A stretch of DNA of 64,000 nt, taken from Deltaproteobacteria bacterium TL4. GTDB taxonomy: Bacteria; SAR324; NAC60-12. Below the pieces are notes generated by a model that was given only the letters and a program-made list of their open reading frames with translations, searched no databases and was not told where the DNA came from. The stretch lies in contig JBBCAX010000034.1 in the NCBI GenBank assembly GCA_051382335.1, positions 20,512-84,511 of the forward strand. The letters are read 5' to 3'. Positions 61,952 through 64,000 of this stretch are shown here, in pieces; the first letter of the stretch is position 1; each line of letters opens with the position of its first letter. The position numbers and the translations under genes were made by a program.

Positions 61952-63367
61952 TTGAAAGATCATATGGATCTCTTCGAACAGGCCGCTGAACAGCGGCAGC
62001 AATCGGAAGCCCCCCTTGCCGCGAGAATGCGTCCAAGAACACTGGACGAATTCATAGGACAGGAAAATATCATTGGTAAGGGGAAGCTTTTGCGACGTGC
62101 CATAGAAGCTGACCGATTGACATCAATCATCTTATTTGGACCTCCCGGTACAGGAAAAACCACGCTTGCCAATGTTATCGCACGGACCACTCACTCTCAT
62201 TTTGAAACCTTGAATGCGGTTTTGGCAGGAATTGCCGAGTTAAGGAAAGTGGTTGATTCCGCTAAAGAACGTGCCAAGTTTCACCATCTTCGCAGTATCT
62301 TGTTTGTTGATGAAGTTCACCGCTGGAATAAAGCGCAACAGGATGCCTTGTTGCCGCATGTTGAAAATGGAACCATTACTCTGATTGGCGCAACCACTGA
62401 AAATCCCTATTTTGAAGTGAACTCCGCTTTGGTTTCACGGTCTCGTGTTTTTCAACTGAGTGTTTTGAAAGATGAAGACCTACGGAGGATCCTCCAGCAG
62501 GCCTTGGCGGATCCTGAACGGGGTTATGGAAGAAAAAAGGTCAAACTCGAGGAAGAGGCCCTTTTACACCTGCTTCAGGTTGCTTCTGGTGATGCGCGTA
62601 ATGCATTGAACGCACTTGAACTTGCCGTAGAAACCACGCCCCCTGATGAGGAAGGTTGCATTCACATTGATCTCGGTGTTGCCGAAGAATCCATTCAGCA
62701 AAGGGCGGTTTTATACGATAAAGACGGCGATGCCCATTACGATACCATTAGTGCCTTCATCAAATCCATTCGAGGTTCTGATCCTGATGCCGCGCTCTAT
62801 TGGTTGGCTAAAATGTTGTATGCTGGAGAAAGTCCCAGGTTTATCTTACGCCGACTGCTTATTTTAGCGGGAGAAGATATTGGACTGGCGTCACCGATGG
62901 GACTTGTTGTCACTGCGGCTGCGGCACAAGCGTTTGAGTATGTGGGTTTACCTGAAGGCATCTATTCCATTGTTGAAGCAACACTGTATCTGGCGACTGC
63001 GGCAAAATCAAACAGCACCAGCGCCTATTTCAAAGCGCATCAGCATGTTGAGAAAAAAGACGCAGGGGAGGTGCCCGACCATTTGAAGGATGGAAATCGT
63101 GATCGCAATACGTTGGGACATGGCCAAGGTTATGTCTATCCTCATGCTCATGCCAAACACTTTGTGGGACAGCAATACCTTCCTCAAGAACTTTTAGGAA
63201 CCTATTTTTATAACCCTTCCCAAGAAGGCTATGAAGCGCGTATTCATCAAGCTGTCGCCCAATGGAGACAAGCTCAGGAACAAGCCTTGAGTCTTGAGGA
63301 AACACAGACGATTCCAGACTTGGATGAGGACACCATTCAAAAAATTAAAGCCAGGATCCACCGATAG
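61952..63367 (+). CDS. rarA: Replication-associated recombination protein A (AAA+ ATPase)
   Basis: PLAARMRP, GPPGTGKTT, DEVHRWNKAQQDALLP, ATTENPYF, HYDTISAFIKSIRGSDPDAA. Confidence 0.93.
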   Translation: MKDHMDLFEQAAEQRQQSEAPLAARMRPRTLDEFIGQENIIGKGKLLRRAIEADRLTSIILFGPPGTGKTTLANVIARTTHSHFETLNAVLAGIAELRKVVDSAKERAKFHHLRSILFVDEVHRWNKAQQDALLPHVENGTITLIGATTENPYFEVNSALVSRSRVFQLSVLKDEDLRRILQQALADPERGYGRKKVKLEEEALLHLLQVASGDARNALNALELAVETTPPDEEGCIHIDLGVAEESIQQRAVLYDKDGDAHYDTISAFIKSIRGSDPDAALYWLAKMLYAGESPRFILRRLLILAGEDIGLASPMGLVVTAAAAQAFEYVGLPEGIYSIVEATLYLATAAKSNSTSAYFKAHQHVEKKDAGEVPDHLKDGNRDRNTLGHGQGYVYPHAHAKHFVGQQYLPQELLGTYFYNPSQEGYEARIHQAVAQWRQAQEQALSLEETQTIPDLDEDTIQKIKARIHR

Positions 63368-63404
63368 GGAATGGGGGGCTTGGTCGTAAGTTAGACCACT
63401 TAAT

Positions 63405-63508
63405 TCGTTCCAAGGCGCTACCTTGGAATGCCTCTCCGGAGGCTCTGCCTCCGTAAGCAAGGCAGAGCCTTGCGAATCTGCGTTACGAGGCAGAGCTTCG
63501 TAACGAGG
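63405..63508. repeat. Palindromic intergenic repeat element
   Basis: Three stacked hairpins: TTCCAAGG..CCTTGGAA, GGCTCTGCCT..AGGCAGAGCC, CGTTACGA..TCGTAACG. Related fragments at ~29845-29868 and ~60970-60993. Confidence 0.6.
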
Positions 63509-63630
63509 AGGCAGTAGCGATGACCCCTTTTATGACCAAGCGGCTACCCCCTTAAAGCGGGACATTGGTAGGCGGGGATTACATGCCCCGCTTTTCTGAT
63601 CGTTGAGGTTGCCGGACACGTAGTTCCGGC

Positions 63631-63806
63631 CTGGGATGATGAATATTCAGAATAAAAACATACTTTTTATTATGTAAAAAATACCTGTTTTATTGCCACT
63701 GATTTGATGCTTTATATCAAATAAATCAGGAAGGTAGAGGTAATCATTTGGAACAAGTTTAAAAGTAGTAAATTTTTGTTCAAAAGGCATAGATTCATCA
63801 TCCCAG
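63631..63806. mobile_element. MITE inserted into a REP doublet, with target-site duplication
   Basis: 14-bp TIR CTGGGATGATGAAT / ATTCATCATCCCAG; TTCCGGC duplicated on both sides; empty allele at 28519-28602. Confidence 0.85.
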
Positions 63807-64000
63807 TTCCGGCCTATCATTGAGGTGTCCCGGGTTTGTATGAAACACTGTATAAGTGGTTGTTTTTATTCATGATTATTTTAGATGGTATTGACGAATG
63901 ATTTTTTGGAACACCTATCCATTCCAAAAAAATTGGCGAAAAATTTACCTATAATCGCTAAAAATGGGGATGCTCAGCTTAAAAGAAATTCAGTTTTGTA

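Overview
Bacterial chromosomal window with a delta-proteobacterial-like gene repertoire (a guess from gene content only). Both flanks are ordinary: GMC/cholesterol oxidase, a hybrid histidine kinase, AraC, hemL, an RpoD-like sigma factor, pabB, a LysM transglycosylase, a TPR protein, an acyl-CoA dehydratase activase with MarR, sixA, FadL with a giant repeat lipase, a PIN toxin-antitoxin pair and rarA. The centre (~29.9-47.9 kb, all minus strand) is an island of large surface lipoproteins built around a diversity-generating retroelement (DGR). Its DGR-type reverse transcriptase carries a C-terminal MutS domain-I fusion. Next to it are an Avd-like gene, a second stand-alone MutS-I gene, and three DUF1566/Lcl C-terminal variable regions (VRs). 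Two VRs differ only at positions 1-2 of NNY codons (16 substitutions, none synonymous), the hallmark of adenine-specific mutagenesis. I found no template repeat (TR): avd is joined out of frame to the interior of the RT, as if avd-3'/TR/RT-5' had been deleted. The third VR looks as if it came from a different TR. Four frameshifts and other truncations cluster in the island. Also present are several MITE/REP-like elements (one with both empty and filled sites in the window), a candidate 6S RNA and an anti-TRAP-like zinc finger. All family calls are by-eye motif recognition, not database searches.
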